Assembly: GCF_000002075.1 (NCBI RefSeq)
Contig: NW_004797349.1
Location: 1,584,776 to 1,648,775 of the forward strand
Source: Aplysia californica
Taxonomy: Eukaryota
Length of the DNA stretch: 64,000 nucleotides
Direction: 5' to 3'
Part shown: in pieces, positions 50,450-63,524 of the stretch
How the letters are laid out: every line of letters starts with the position of its first letter
Numbering within the stretch: the first letter of the stretch is position 1
Position numbers and translations under genes: made by a program
The notes under the pieces: generated by a model
What the model saw: only the letters and a program-made list of their open reading frames with translations
Told to the model about the DNA's origin: nothing
The model's database searches: none

Positions 50450-53400
50450 ACTATAGGTAGATCTAAACTAGACTCTCTATATAGGGCGAGGAAATCAGAT
50501 AAGGTATCAGATGAGGAGAAGAATACTCTCAGAGAGCGGATGAAAAGAGGCCAAGCAGGAATGGTAGGAGCAGTATGTGACCGAGGTGTCATCAGAGAAG
50601 GCACTACAAAGGTTCTGGAAAATGCACAGAAAAATGAAGGGATTAAGGACTGACGCTGGCTCTCTGTCTGTTAAAGTTGAGAACGATAGGCTACTGGAGA
50701 CAGATGAAGCAAAAGGCCGGGTTTTCCTTGAGAGGTACATCAAGCAGACTCACCAAGGCAACATGGAGGAGCGTGCTAACATCAGGGCAATTATGAAAAC
50801 TGCTGTGCCAGAGGTGCTGTATGGAGAGGGTGTCACAATACAGGAAGTGAAGCGGGTACAATAAGCGGAACGAAGGATAGTGCAGCAGGGCCTGATGGGG
50901 TGAGATACAGCCATTTTAAGGATGCAGATGAAAATTATCTACAGGGCATGGTGGAGGACTTCAACGAGAGTCTGGTCAAAGGCAAGATCCCAGAGGAGTG
51001 GCTACACGGCTACCTCATGCCTCTTTCTAAACCAGGCAAATACCACTCCAACAGCAAGGGATACAGAATCATCACCATGCAGAACACGTACGGAAAGATC
51101 CTGGAAAAGATTGTGGCCAAAAGGCTGGCAAATTACTTAGAGCGGAAAAAGCTCCTTCCAGACGGCCTTGGAAAGTACAGACCAGGGAAAGACACCTGCA
51201 CAAACACGGCTGTGTTAGCCTATGATGTATTTGAAGGGTTCCAGAGAAAGGAGGAAACAGCAATGGCTGCTATTGACCTAGAGTATGCATACAACTGAGT
51301 TGATTACGGCAAGCTCATGGATCTCCTGATGGAAATGGATGTTGACCCCTGGTTGATACAATGGATCTCCGAGGTTCTGTTTGAGAGGAAGGTGATGCTG
51401 AGAAGTGGGCGATAGATGTCAGACCCAGTAGTGATTGCCTCAGGACTGCCACAAGGATCAGCCTTATCACTGGTTCTGTTCAACATATATACATCCAAAA
51501 TTGCCAGGATCGGTGTCAGTGGAGCAGTAAGAATCCTAACATTTGCAGATGATGTGATGGTCTACGGACAAGGTCGTGATAGGCTAGTGGTTGGACGGAT
51601 GCTACAGGACAGGCTGAGCAAGGTCGCAGATTGGTGTGAGGAATACAATACGGTCATCAATCCAGACAAGGCACAGGTCATCTTGTGCTCATTCAACAAC
51701 CGTATTGTGAAAGATCCTACTCCTCCAATTGTGTTTGACCACTTTCTCATAGACAGACAGCATGAGATGAAGTACCTGGGAATCACTCTGGACTGGACAC
51801 TTTCTTTCCGAAGACATATTGACAATGATGCTGTCAGGGCTCAGAAGGGCATCAATGTAGTGAAGACCTTGGCTTCAGATGGAATTCAAAAGTGAGTTCT
51901 TTTTCTCTTAATGCAGCTGGTGGTTCTGTCAGTCATAAACTATGGTCTGGGCATCCTCTCCCTGTCCAAGACTCAGATAGACAGGTTGGGGAGTGTACAG
52001 AATGCAGCTATGAGGGCCGTTCTAGGTTGCACAAAGAACACCCATGTTGTCTGTATGAGATACATCCTTGACCTGGCCAGCATCAGAGTGAGGCATAAAG
52101 TGGCACAGGCAAAGCTGTACTCGAATATTTTGGGAGACCCGAGGCACCCTTTGCATGACAACCTAAGCAGCATCAAAGGAAACAGGATCAAACGGGGCAG
52201 CTCATGGATGGTAGAAGCCGAAGACTCCTTGGGGAAAGTTTGTGGCATCGATGAAATTTGCTGTGGAAAGGAATGGTTTGGGGAAAAAATGGTGAAATGG
52301 TATAGGCTTAACGCCCCTATCAACACTATTAGGTTATTTAAGAGGCGGGGCCTCCGAGTTTAACGTCCATCTCCGAAAGGACCGAGCCAAATGGGAAATT
52401 CGTGTATAGAGCCTTTCCCAAGGACACAGCGTCGGACCGAGCTGAGACTCGAACCCCCGAACCCGCAATCTCACGATTACCAGTCCGGTAGCCTAACCAC
52501 TATAGGCTACCGACGCCACAGGAATGGTTTGAACTGAGCCCCGATTGCAGAAGCCTGGCCAACGTTCACATCACTATGGGTCGTGAAAGACGGGAATGTG
52601 CTGCTGTCATTAACGACATGACATAAAATAATATGACAGTTAATTGAGGAGCATTCCAAGCCAGAGGACCCAGTGATCTATACGGATGGATCGGTCAGGA
52701 GGGGTGAGAGAAGTGGATGGGGTTTTGTGGTGTATAGTGGGAACAAAAAGGTTCATAGCATGTCAGGGGCCATAGAAAGTGGAGATTGGGGCCATAACAA
52801 GAGCGCTTGGCTGGCTTCAAAATACAAGACCAAGAACTACCCATCTAATCATTGTCACAGACTCCCAGAGCATCTTACGAAGGGTTGAGAAAGGGGTTCT
52901 TCGGAGTGAACGGATGAACCCAATACAACACTCGTCACTTAGAGCCATCACGTGGATATTCTGTCCTGGGCACTCTGGAGTGAAAGGCAATGAGGAGGCT
53001 GAGAGGCTGGCCACCGGAACAATCAGTATGGATACCTTTTGGTGCTGGGGGGGGGGAACTGAGCACTTATAATATGGATCTGTCCAACGTTGTTGCCCAG
53101 GACAGGTAACACAGGTAAACTAGACTCTAGACTACTGCACTGAAGAGGAGGGATTTTAACTTGTGGCGATGTTTGAATGAAAAAGATGAGAGCGACAAAA
53201 GGTCAAAACAGAATCGACAATCACTGTTGTCACTACGGTTGTGTCGCATGCAGGCAGGGCTTTCGTCGTTATAAACATTCATTTGACTAAATACGGTAGC
53301 AGCAACAACTGACATTATGATTATAGGGCAGGCCCTATTCACCACATTATTGGCTATATAAGCGCCCATAGGCCATGCACGTGTACGTAGAATATAGATC

Positions 53401-53640
53401 TATGTCGAGAGACAAGAAAAAGTAAAAGAGGCTAAAAAGGGGGGAGACCGGGGGTTGCAGAGTCTGAGGTAGAAAGACAGTAGGAAGGGGAAAACGTGCG
53501 GATGGATCCGAAACCTTTGATTTGAGGAGAGGGGGTGGGGATATTGGGTGATACCTGTATGGCCTACGGTACCCAAGAGGGTTGCTGTAAGGTACTTGGG
53601 CCTACCTTATCTGCTTTATGCAGATAGACGACGATGACGT
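50450..53640 (+). mobile_element. 5'-truncated LINE (I/Nimb/Ingi-like, RT + RNase H), inactive
   Basis: AAGPDGV, KPGK..YRII, AIDLEYAYN, GLPQGSALS, FADD, KYLGITLD, YTDGS, TDSQS, PGHSGVKGNEEA. In-frame stops; 3' hairpin atctgc..gcagat and a gac/gat-repeat tail at ~53610-53640. Confidence 0.9.
52281..52519 (-). mobile_element. tRNA-derived SINE nested in the LINE
   Basis: A box tagcctatagtgg, B box ggttcgagtct, tgtgtccttggga core; perfect 12-bp TSD aggaatggtttg at 52269-52280 and 52520-52531. Confidence 0.88.
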
Positions 53641-53799
53641 TGACCTAATGTTTTTGAGTATTTTTCATCTTCTCATGACCTCGGTTTCAGAAAACTGGCG
53701 CATGCCTGCGACAGTCAAGCGGGTACGTGTACACAACAACAGGAGTTTTGTCACAGTGTGCCTCTCGTGTGGACTTTTCATTCTGTTTTTCTGTACTTT

Positions 53800-54010
53800 G
53801 TAGTTGGCAAAAGCTCACACGATCCCTGTTTTCTGCCACTGTCACTGCCAATGCGTGACTCTTTGGTTAATCAGGCTTATCCAATCTGTGATTTTGTCAA
53901 TCTTTTCCTCGTCCTGTCTTTCCTTGTCCCAAATTGTTCTTTGGGCTGTTGGATTGTCATGGCAAGTCTTTATGGTTTCATTTCAACGTTCCTTTGCAGC
54001 AGGAATTGCT
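53800..54010 (-). mobile_element. Degenerate RTE-like LINE 3' fragment
   Basis: Minus strand resembles the G.R..GR....D.I.DW...A.NR terminal motif of RTE ORFs. Confidence 0.35.
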
Positions 54011-54328
54011 GACTATTACTTGAGAAAGAAATATTACAATTATAATATAATAATAATTTCCAGGATGCTCAAAGAAACAAGCGAAATTGAAAAGATACTT
54101 CCAATGTAAACTTCCGGCGGTGCGATAGCAGCGAAGATTCACTTTGACTTTTCCCATCCACTTGCTTGTCTTACAAGGAGACAATGCTAGTTTTCTGAAG
54201 GCCATTACTTTCGAGACTTCAGTTACTGTTTCGCTCTTCATACTTCGGCCCACTTTATCGTTTTTATTTTACTGTACATGCCTAGTCTCCCCATACTAGT
54301 AAAGATTGGAAACCGTAGCTCAAAAACG

Positions 54329-57300
54329 ATGGCCGCAACTGTGGCAAGGACAGTGCAGGTCAGAGACAGAGTTGTAGTTTGTACAGAAGTTTACTTGACA
54401 GTTTTATTCTTGGTGATCAGTGTTGTGTTTGCTTTTATAGCGATACAGTGTCTTACACTGCAACTCACACAGCATTTTTTAAAGTCAAAGATGAAATATT
54501 TTCTTTTAATTCCATATGAAATATTTATTTCATCATCATGAATGAGATAGCTATCTAAAATCTAGTCTAGATATAGATATAGATATAGATATAGATTCTA
54601 GATCTAGATTAGATCTAGATCTAGATCTAGATTCTAGAAGATCATTTGTCTTGCTATCACAATTATTATCACGGCCTCTGACTCTCACTCTTCTCTCCAG
54701 TCTTGTGACTGTATTTCCCTGATGAGTCTCAAATCAGCTGAGACTTGACAAGTGGAAGAGTGGAAAATTTGTCTTCCTATTTATTAGTTTATATGTAGCC
54801 CCAATGAACACGTTAGCCACTCTTGTTGTTATCTGTCTTTCTCTTGGCCTGTCTTTCGTAAATTCAGTCTGCTACAAAACTTCTTTTCGCATGGCAAGAT
54901 GCACAATAAAACTAATCTAGTAAAACTCATTTTCCAGGTTATTAATTAAATGAGCTTTATTGTCAGGCTTTATTGGTTGCATTGTTTGTGATGTTTACAG
55001 CAGGTGGTGAGACCACACATCCCCTTGATCAAGTTTCCCACAAGAGGCCCACAAGCAGCAGGACAGGGAGCAGCTCAAAGTTTTGGTATGCACTGTTTCC
55101 ATGCTGTATTGTCTCAACCTCAAAATTTATTAAAAGTTCCTTTTCATTAACTTTTTTCCATCTCACTGTACTTTTCAAAGTGTGGGTACAACTTACAAGT
55201 AATCTCCGCCTAAACGCATGCTCCACTCAAACGCACGCTTACGTCATATGACGGGTTTTTAACTAATATAATTTAGAATACAAACGCATGGTCACTTCTT
55301 CTAAACGCACTCTTCAGTCCGAGAAAACAAGCCTGGACGATTGGATATTTGGTAAGACTGCCCATGCAGAATAAAGGGAGGGATGGACAGCGTTTTCTTT
55401 TCACACACCCAATTTTCCACAGACACATAGGTCTAGGATATATATGTTGGGGGGGGGGGGGGGGGGGGGGGCTAAAATGATTTTTTATTGGTTACTCGAA
55501 ATGCATCTTTGAGAGGTTTCTGACTGGTGTTTGAGTGACTGCATACATAATGTTAAGCTAGGCCTATGATGCGCAACATGTGTGAATGCTGTAGAACATT
55601 AGATAGGCCTCTACAGGATTAAAGATTGGTCAAGTAATCAGCTGCGCTGGAAGAACTTATAATGTACTTGTTCAACAAATCAGAGAAAAGTCTCTAGAAT
55701 GTCTTGTTCTGATGTCAACCATGAATTTACAAAGTTGCAATAGATGACAGGCAGTCGGGAGTGGAAAGCTGTGTGGCTGAGTACTCGTCCAGGTCCTATG
55801 ACTATCACCAACAGTTACCTTTTAATCTGTTCCAGACATTTTATAGTGCATGTTATCATGCTCCCCCCCCCCCACCCCACACCCTTTGACCAACCCATTC
55901 AACGCCTTTGTATTCATAATGGCAGTAGGGGAATCGTTCACGAAACACATTATCGACCAAAGTGATCCTGAGCCCCCAAGGGAGGTCACTAAAATATCAA
56001 GGCAATGAGATGGTTGCGTCCCTTCCTCCCTTTGCATGTAAAAATGCACACTCCGTATAAACACACGCTAAGGAGCCCTCCCGAGCACTGTACATTTAGG
56101 CGGAGACTACTGTAATATTTTCAGTATTTTACCATTTTCAAAGATATGTTGCTAGTTCCCATTTTGAACATTATGGAGACAAGCCCCATTGTAAGATGAT
56201 CAAAAGCCTGATCGGGAGAAAAAATTTAAGAAATGATGACACTACATTTTTCTGAAAATGTACAAGGCCCATTTTCATGCGACTTTTAGATCATATAGCG
56301 CTTAGGGGGAAAAGGAAGACAATGAACAGAAATACCAGGAATAAGAAAAAAAAGTTGAACCTGACAACAAAACATTTGACCTCTGATCCAGAACAGATTG
56401 AAATTGAAAATGATATATGCTGAATACTCAAATGCCCATTTGATAAAAGAAGGGGATTATTTAACATTGCATCTGTACATTGTGTGCTATACTTGACTCA
56501 AGATGATGAATGAAAATGTTAACAAAACATTCAGAGCAAAATTTGATCGTGGACTTTAGTTCAAGCAATATTAGAAGAATGAGCAATGAAGTATCTAAGC
56601 AGCTGTTTCAGGGTTAGATTAGAATGCTTAAGATTTATAATGAAGTTCCATGTGGACATTTTTTAACAAGTTTTTAAATGAAAAGTTACTTTTCTCTAAT
56701 GGAATGTCTAGGGAGTGCAACTGAATTTCTGCTTTTTTCCTGTCCTGATTTTTCTTTTCTCTGTTGTTTTGTTTCATTTATCCCAACTCTGGAGAGGAAC
56801 ACTGTTGTGCTATGCACTGAGCTTAGAGAAAATGTAGGCATATGTGTAAGTTCATATACATGTTAGTAATTTCACTGTGTTTATCTGGCAGGCAAGCCTG
56901 GAAACGTGGAAAGTTTGATATCGTCAACTATGGGAAGTACTGCTGCTGCCAGCAAACCGTCAGCTTCTGTGTCAAAAGGACCAGCTATTGAGTCATCGGA
57001 GCTTCCCCCCAGGTACAGGAGAAAACAACTCTCTCAGGAGGAAATAGAATTTATTGAGGTAAGTTAAAATTAACCTTACTTTTCCCAGTAAAAGATTGCT
57101 AACCTAACATGAAATGGCTGCATATTCTTCATCTGTCACTGAAAATTTTTAATTCTGTAAATTGTCCTTAAATTTCGTGTATTGTCTCGCAAGGTAACTT
57201 CTTTTAAAGGGTTTTTATAAAGTAGACAGTGTTGTTTTTTTAGTAAGAGCAAAGAAGTCTATGTCACATGTGTTCAGTGAAAAAGGTGATCACTATAAAC

Positions 57301-60300
57301 CTAATTGTTTAATCCATTTCTAATTCTTATAAAGTCAATTCCAAAGATACACAAAGCAATTAATGACAGCAGAGAGCAGAAAGGATGACTTTCTCAGCTT
57401 GAAAAAGACCTTTACAATTTTCAACATATATCATCATAATTGCATTGTTTTCTCTACTGAACGTTTGAGAGGTCTGTAAAAATATTTTTTATAGGCATTA
57501 GTAAGAGGTCAGTTTTTCCCCTGATTTTATGTCTAGAGACTTTTGGGGATTAGATGGTATATAAATTCACAGTATTATTATATTATTAAATTTTTCAAAG
57601 GAACTAAGACCATTTTCTGTAAAAACATTGTTTTTCCTCCTGTTTTATATGAAATGGTCTCAAAGTGTCTCTCCTGTGTTGTAGCTTAGCCCATTCGTAA
57701 CAAAGTTAGGAGGGGAAGACAAGGGAATAAGGTGGAAATTAATCATAGAGTTCAAGTTTGAGTTTTAGGACAGAAAAATAGTTACCGTCATTCTCTGTAC
57801 TCTTAAACATATCATTCCTGTAGGCAGGTGGGTCATGAATAAGCAGATGCAGCAGCGACGCATTTTCAGTGCCAAATCACTTTTTTGGCTACTGTTCTGA
57901 AAATAGTGTAAGTGTAAGACGTAGTACCAAAATTGTTTCCCTCAATGAAGTAGAGGGTCACAGGTAAGTTACATTTTCTAAAACAGGAAATAGGAATTCT
58001 TGTTCTGTTATCATTATCAGGCAGCAGTGCATATATGGAAGAATTTATCTTTTACTTTACGCGATCTGTATAAATTTAACCCTATCCGTACGCCCTGGGG
58101 TCATTTTGTACCCCTGGGGTAAATTTCCACTTTTTAGAATACTGACTTCTAGTTCGAAGATTTTTTTGAAACTTTCAGTATTTCTAAAAAAATCATTTTG
58201 ACACACTGCTATGCAAAGCGTACGGATCGGATTAACGAGTAATTTCCTCTTTGGAAAGTGATGGCACAGAGTTCCCTACATTGTATGGACACGATAGTGA
58301 AACATGACATATGGATAGGGTTAAATGCTAAAGAATGTGTCAGTGCCTTGGTGCAAATAATATCATTAAACATGATGAAGATTTAAAAAGATAAAATTGT
58401 GAGAACCAGTGGTGCTTGAGGAGGTCTGGTTAGCTTGGAGTTAGGGTACTGTACGCACCACAGCAACTTAAGCAAAAGTGTAGGCCTAACTTTTGAACTT
58501 GTGATTGGTGGTAGAATGAGTGGGCAAAGGCAAATGAATGGTCACTTGTTATTGCATTTTATATCAGATAGAAGTGTTTCAGACAGGTGAGTTAATTGGG
58601 GGNNNNNNNNNNNNNNNNNNNNNNNNNNNNNNNNNNNNNNNNNNNNNNNNNNNNNNNNNNNNNNNNNNNNNNNNNNNNNNNNNNNNNNNNNNNNNNNNNN
58701 NNAGGGGAATCATGTTCTCACTTTACCATCTGAGGTAATGTGATTCCAGGTTAACTAAATAGGCAATCTACACTACCAAGGAGTGTGAAGGAAATTCCAC
58801 ACCAGATAGACTGCATTATTTCAGATAGAATGTTACTGCAGTCACTGATAATTATGAGAAAGTGAAATTCTGACAAGTGAATTAGAAGTATTTGACCGGT
58901 GCCAGAGAAAAGAAAAGACATTCCTTGCTGTTTATATTTTAACACTTAATGTACCATATGCACAGTACGTGTATTGCTCTGTTGCGAAATATTGCTCGAG
59001 AAAGTATTAATATGGTCCAGGTAGACTCGTAATTAGAGATCTTTAAAGAAAAACATGCACATCACTAGCATACCTGTGGAGAGGGTTCAATTGAGAAAGC
59101 TCCATTCTCTATCATGGATTCTGAAGTGGCCATTTTTTAAATCCTACTATCTAAATAATAGTTTTGGAGTTAGTTGTAGTTGTATCCCCCTTTTTAGGTT
59201 GGGGGGGGGGGGGATGAGTATGTTTAGTTGAGTCACAGATACCAACATCCAGAAATTTTTGTAAGTGGTCTCCACCAAAGAAACCCACCACTGGGAGACT
59301 AAAAAATGGATATTTAGGCAGATCAGGTTTTTTGGAAGATCTCAGGGGCCAACACTCTGCTGCATGTCCTGTTGGTTAACTTCCTTGTTTTCTGTTTAAT
59401 CTGTAATTGAAATATGATCCACTGAAGATCCTAATGCATTGGGATTTTTTTAAATACCACTTTAGAGGAGGAATAGATGCCTGAATCATTGAAATAACGC
59501 TTAGAGATTGACGTACAAGCCTAGAGTGCATGTATATATGTTTTGCCTTGGGATTGGGATAGTCTTATTGAACTTGGCAATATTACACTACAGTGTTCAT
59601 TTCTAGACCTTGAAGACTTATATCAATGACCGAATGCAAGACTCTGACAAACATCATTGTACAATTTTGGAGTTTGTTGGAGTCTTTCACCCAGGCATCA
59701 AGGGAGAGGGTCTTTTTGCTTCAACAATATTATTACTTTGGTAAAGCAAGACAATTCAAGTTGGAAAAAAAGTTTACTTCCTTCAGATCAAACTTAGATT
59801 TTAGGTGGATTTTTATTTTTAAGAACAGGTTCTTATAGAGTGAAATATTCTACGATAGTCTCCGCCTAAAGGCACGGTGCTTGGGAGGGTTTCTTAGCGT
59901 GTGTTTACTCAGAGCGTGCGTTTACAGAAACCTGTGTAAAGGGAGGAAGGAACACAGTCATCTCATTGCCTCGATATTCTAGTGACCTCCCTTTGGGGCG
60001 GGGGTCACTTTGGGCTGATAATGTGACGACATGTGACGGTTTTGTGAAGGATTCCCCAACTGTGGTTAAGAATACAAAGGTGTTGAGTGGGGGGGGTAAG
60101 AAAGACAGACTTAATGATGTAATGATATGCACCACAAAGTGTCGGGAACGGATAGCCCGAGAGGAAACTGTTGGTGATAGTCATAGAGATGACAAACCAG
60201 CCACATGGCTTTTCAAGCAACCACCCCTGACCGTAAATTCATGGACGACTTCAGAATCATAGATCTCTACATTCAGAGAAACATTTCTCTTGTGATTCGT

Positions 60301-61251
60301 TGAACAAGTAGGCCTACGCTATAAGTTCTTTGAGCACAACTGATTAAATTAGGCTCACTAGACTAATCTTTAGATTAATCCTACAGTATCTAGGCCTATG
60401 TAGTGTTTTACAGCGTTCATGTGTGTTGTTGCGCATCATAGGCCTAGGTCTAACTATACATTAGATGCAGTCACCCAAACACCTGTCAGAAACCTTTTCT
60501 CAATTATGCATTTCCAGTGACCAATCAAAAAACATTCAGTTCCCCAACCTCCCAACATTTCAGCTACCAGTCCTAGTCCCATGTGTTTGTTGAAAGTAGG
60601 GCTGGGTAATGAGTCGCTTTAGCAAAATCCGGATAATGTTAGTGCACCTCTTCTGCGATTAAATGTGTCATGAACCGCTTCAGCAAATGGGTCAGAAAAA
60701 CCACTCCAAAATATGGGTGCACCCACTTCGGCAAACGGGTCAGGAAAGAGAGTTTAAGAGTCTGAATTCGGATAATGTTTCACTGAGAAGTATCCGGTTA
60801 TCCGGATTTTGCCAACCACTTGTTGAAAGTTGGGTGTGAAAACGCTGTCCATCTCTCTCTTTGTTCGGTGTGAGGGGCAGTCACACCAAATATCCGGTTG
60901 TCTAGGCTTGTCTTATGCAAGCTGTACAGGTTGTAGTGAAAATTTCCCTTTAGTTTGTTAATCTTTACCTGTCGGCTTGCTTCACGGATCGGAGTGGGTG
61001 TGTAGAAGGAGTGACCGAGTGTTTATACGTCTAAATTATACAGTAAAAAACCTGTTAGATGAAGAAAGCATGCATTTGAGTGGAGCGTGCTTTTGTATGG
61101 CGTGCATTTAGGTGGAGACTACTGTATTACTACTGCACAGATTTTTATCTGGCATGTTCCTAAGTAGAGACCATTGTGCATGTATTTGATGCAGCCACAG
61201 TATTGACATGTTGTCTTTCTTCTTTTTTTCCAGAAAGGAGGCCAAGTCTGA
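54329..61251 (+). CDS. MRPS36: Alpha-ketoglutarate dehydrogenase component 4 (KGD4/MRPS36); exons 54329-54358, 55004(or 55001)-55085, 56892-57058, 61234-61251; 98-99 aa
   Basis: MAATVARTVQ|VVRPHIPLIKFPTRG...ELPPRYRRKQLSQEEIEFIE|KGGQV* matches the conserved N-terminal VVxPHxPLIxFP and C-terminal LPxxYRRKxxSQEExEFIxxGG motifs. Splice phases are 0,1,0. AATAAA at 61522. Confidence 0.93.
54561..54638. repeat. (TAGATA/TAGATC)n microsatellite in KGD4 intron 1
   Basis: Visible tandem hexamers, partly palindromic. Confidence 0.75.
55196..56112. mobile_element. Tc1/mariner-type MITE family B, copy 1 (KGD4 intron 2)
   Basis: TIR cagtagtctccgcctaaa, TA flanks; reverse-complement homology to 59853-61124. 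Confidence 0.8.
58080..58320. mobile_element. piggyBac-type MITE
   Basis: TTAA on both sides; 13-bp TIR ccctatccRtaYg with CCC...GGG termini. Confidence 0.8.
59853..61124. mobile_element. MITE family B, copy 2 (KGD4 intron 3), inverted, with nested insert ~60595-60820
   Basis: Same TIR; the end region is the reverse complement of the start of copy 1. Confidence 0.8.
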
Positions 61252-61521
61252 CAAACATGGAACTTTGTTTAGTTTTTGTAAAAGTACAAAGATGTGTGAT
61301 GGGATCGGGATTGGTGGTTTTTCAAAGTTTTATTTGTGATAAGGGCCTCTTTTCAATCCCATGTTACAAGTGATGTATGTGTGTGAATGTACAAGCCGGT
61401 GTATAGGGTTGTTTTTGTATGTTGTTGTCCATAATCCAACTTTTGTTTACAGTACAGTAGATACCTCAATATCTTCAGGTGTTTAAAAAGGTTTCCATGT
61501 CTCAACGCTGGCTATGTTATA

Positions 61522-61527
61522 AATAAA
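61522..61527 (+). promoter_or_regulatory. Probable polyadenylation signal of KGD4/MRPS36
   Basis: AATAAA ~270 nt after the stop codon, followed by T/GT-rich sequence. Confidence 0.5.
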
Positions 61528-63524
61528 GATTAATAGTAGTCGAGACTGAACAGGAATTTTTATTTTTCTGTGGGGTATGTGTGTGTATGTGAGGGGGGGG
61601 GGGGGTTGATAGTTAAATAATTCTTTATTTTGTAACACACTTTTTGTCCCTAACTTTAAAAAATTCAGTCATTGAATTCTACATAAGCCACTTCTAAAAC
61701 TTTTTAGTTTGAGTAACTGAACAGAGAAAAATCTTAGAATTTAACTGTATCTTATCTCTATTAATGGAAACAAATTTTACACTTCCACTGGAATTTTAGT
61801 ATTGTTAAAACAGGGCTGAAAAATTTGTGTTTGTTTGTAATCTAGCGACTGTTGTTACATATCATAGACTCTAAGCAGCAACTCCAGATCTGAGTCATGT
61901 TCATTGTAGCAAAGTGGCTGAATGGTGAAAATGTTGATGAGGATTTTGTTACTGCTGCCAGCTGTCTGTACATAATTCTGAAGAATGAGGTGAAAATATA
62001 ATTTCAAGCATTTGAAACATGTAGACTTATTCCTTATTGCCTTTATTGATAGGGTTTAGTTTTGACCTATAATCGATCTATGCATGCTATGTTCTGTATT
62101 CAACTCAAGACAACTATATTCACAATTCACATACATTTTTGTGCTGCAGAGGTGCTTGGCCAGTGCATGTCGTTTGCTAGAATCTTGAATTTTGAATTGG
62201 TGCATAATCAGATCTCAGTTTGTGGAGTTGACATTTCATGAGTGTCTTCATGATCAATAAAAGGCAATGAGACAAGTATTGTATGGAATTTTTTAAAATT
62301 TGACCATTGTGTTCTTGTTCCAGCCTAAACAAAACTTTTTAGTTTGGGGAGGGGGGGGGTGTGACACTTCGAGCATTGTATGAAGAAGGCATATCATACT
62401 TGTTTGTGTTCTTTGAAAGCCAGGACATTTTCAGGGCATGGGACAATGAAGATATTCTTGAGAGAAAATGTTAGCTTTTTACTTTTACAGTGACTTGGCA
62501 TTTGCAACGTGCCGTGCCACACTACAACAGCCATCTTTTGTGTCATATCATGCATATATTACAACTCTGAAGAGATGTTTAGATGGTGAAGTGATGGAGA
62601 TTGTGTCACAACGTGTGGAATCCGGCACTCATCAGTTTGTGGTCATAATATTAAATTATGTTTCACCTGAAAGTTTATTCCCTGCTTTTGATTTTAAAAA
62701 TATCCATCCATCCTGAACAGAGGTCAAGATTGAATGAGATGTGGGTTGCTTGGTGTCAAAGGTGAGGGTTGCGAGAGAATGGCCGCCAAAGTTTGGTGAC
62801 TTCGAAAGCTGTCGTGTCTTTGGAAACTACACATTTTCATTTTTTGTGCCTTTGATCAATGTTTTCCAGAACAATCCATGCAGGAATATTTTTCATTGGG
62901 TGTAAAAAAAAGGTGTTGAACTCAACAACAAAAAAATCGAAAAAAATTTACTTGGGCGGAATGATTTCCTTGAATTATTTATTTTGACGAGCGCCTGATT
63001 GCAACACTATGCCTCACATATTATATTACTCTGGAAGAGGATATCAGTCAGCAGTGATATTGTTAACGTTAGTATATATTAGTGACAGTGGTGATTCTTG
63101 CACCAGTACTTCATATGTTTAGTGATGATGAATAAATTTTATATAATAAGTGTACGGTAGTGATGGCGAACGTGAGACTGAAAGTCAGGGTGAGAAAACT
63201 AAGTGTTGTATGCACTCGCTAGTGACATCCTGGGGGCTTGGACCAGGCATCTTTATTATATTTTACATTTACTAGTGTTAGTGGCATTTAAGTTTAAGTT
63301 TATGTCAACTTGAACAATGTAGCCTACAAAACAGAAAAAGACAGTTTGACTTTTGAGTAACGCAAGCATTGACATTGGCCTACATGTAATATTAATAACG
63401 GTCGTTTACTAAGTGCAGGGACAAAGTAAGACAATCTTTTTGATAGACAGAAACAATAGAGAGGAGGAAAGTAAAAGAACTATTCAGTGGAGCACTTCCC
63501 ACCACCCACAACTTAGTTTTAGTA

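Noticed and set aside
52440-52519. tRNA genes (also 15820-15890, 30910-30985, 48680-48790)
   Set aside because: Only degenerate A/B boxes without a proper cloverleaf; attached to SINE bodies or flanked by a TSD.
59464-59484. RGGIDA* resembling an alternative KGD4 last exon
   Set aside because: No AG acceptor in the needed phase; 61234-61251 has a strong pyrimidine tract, the right phase and a poly(A) signal.
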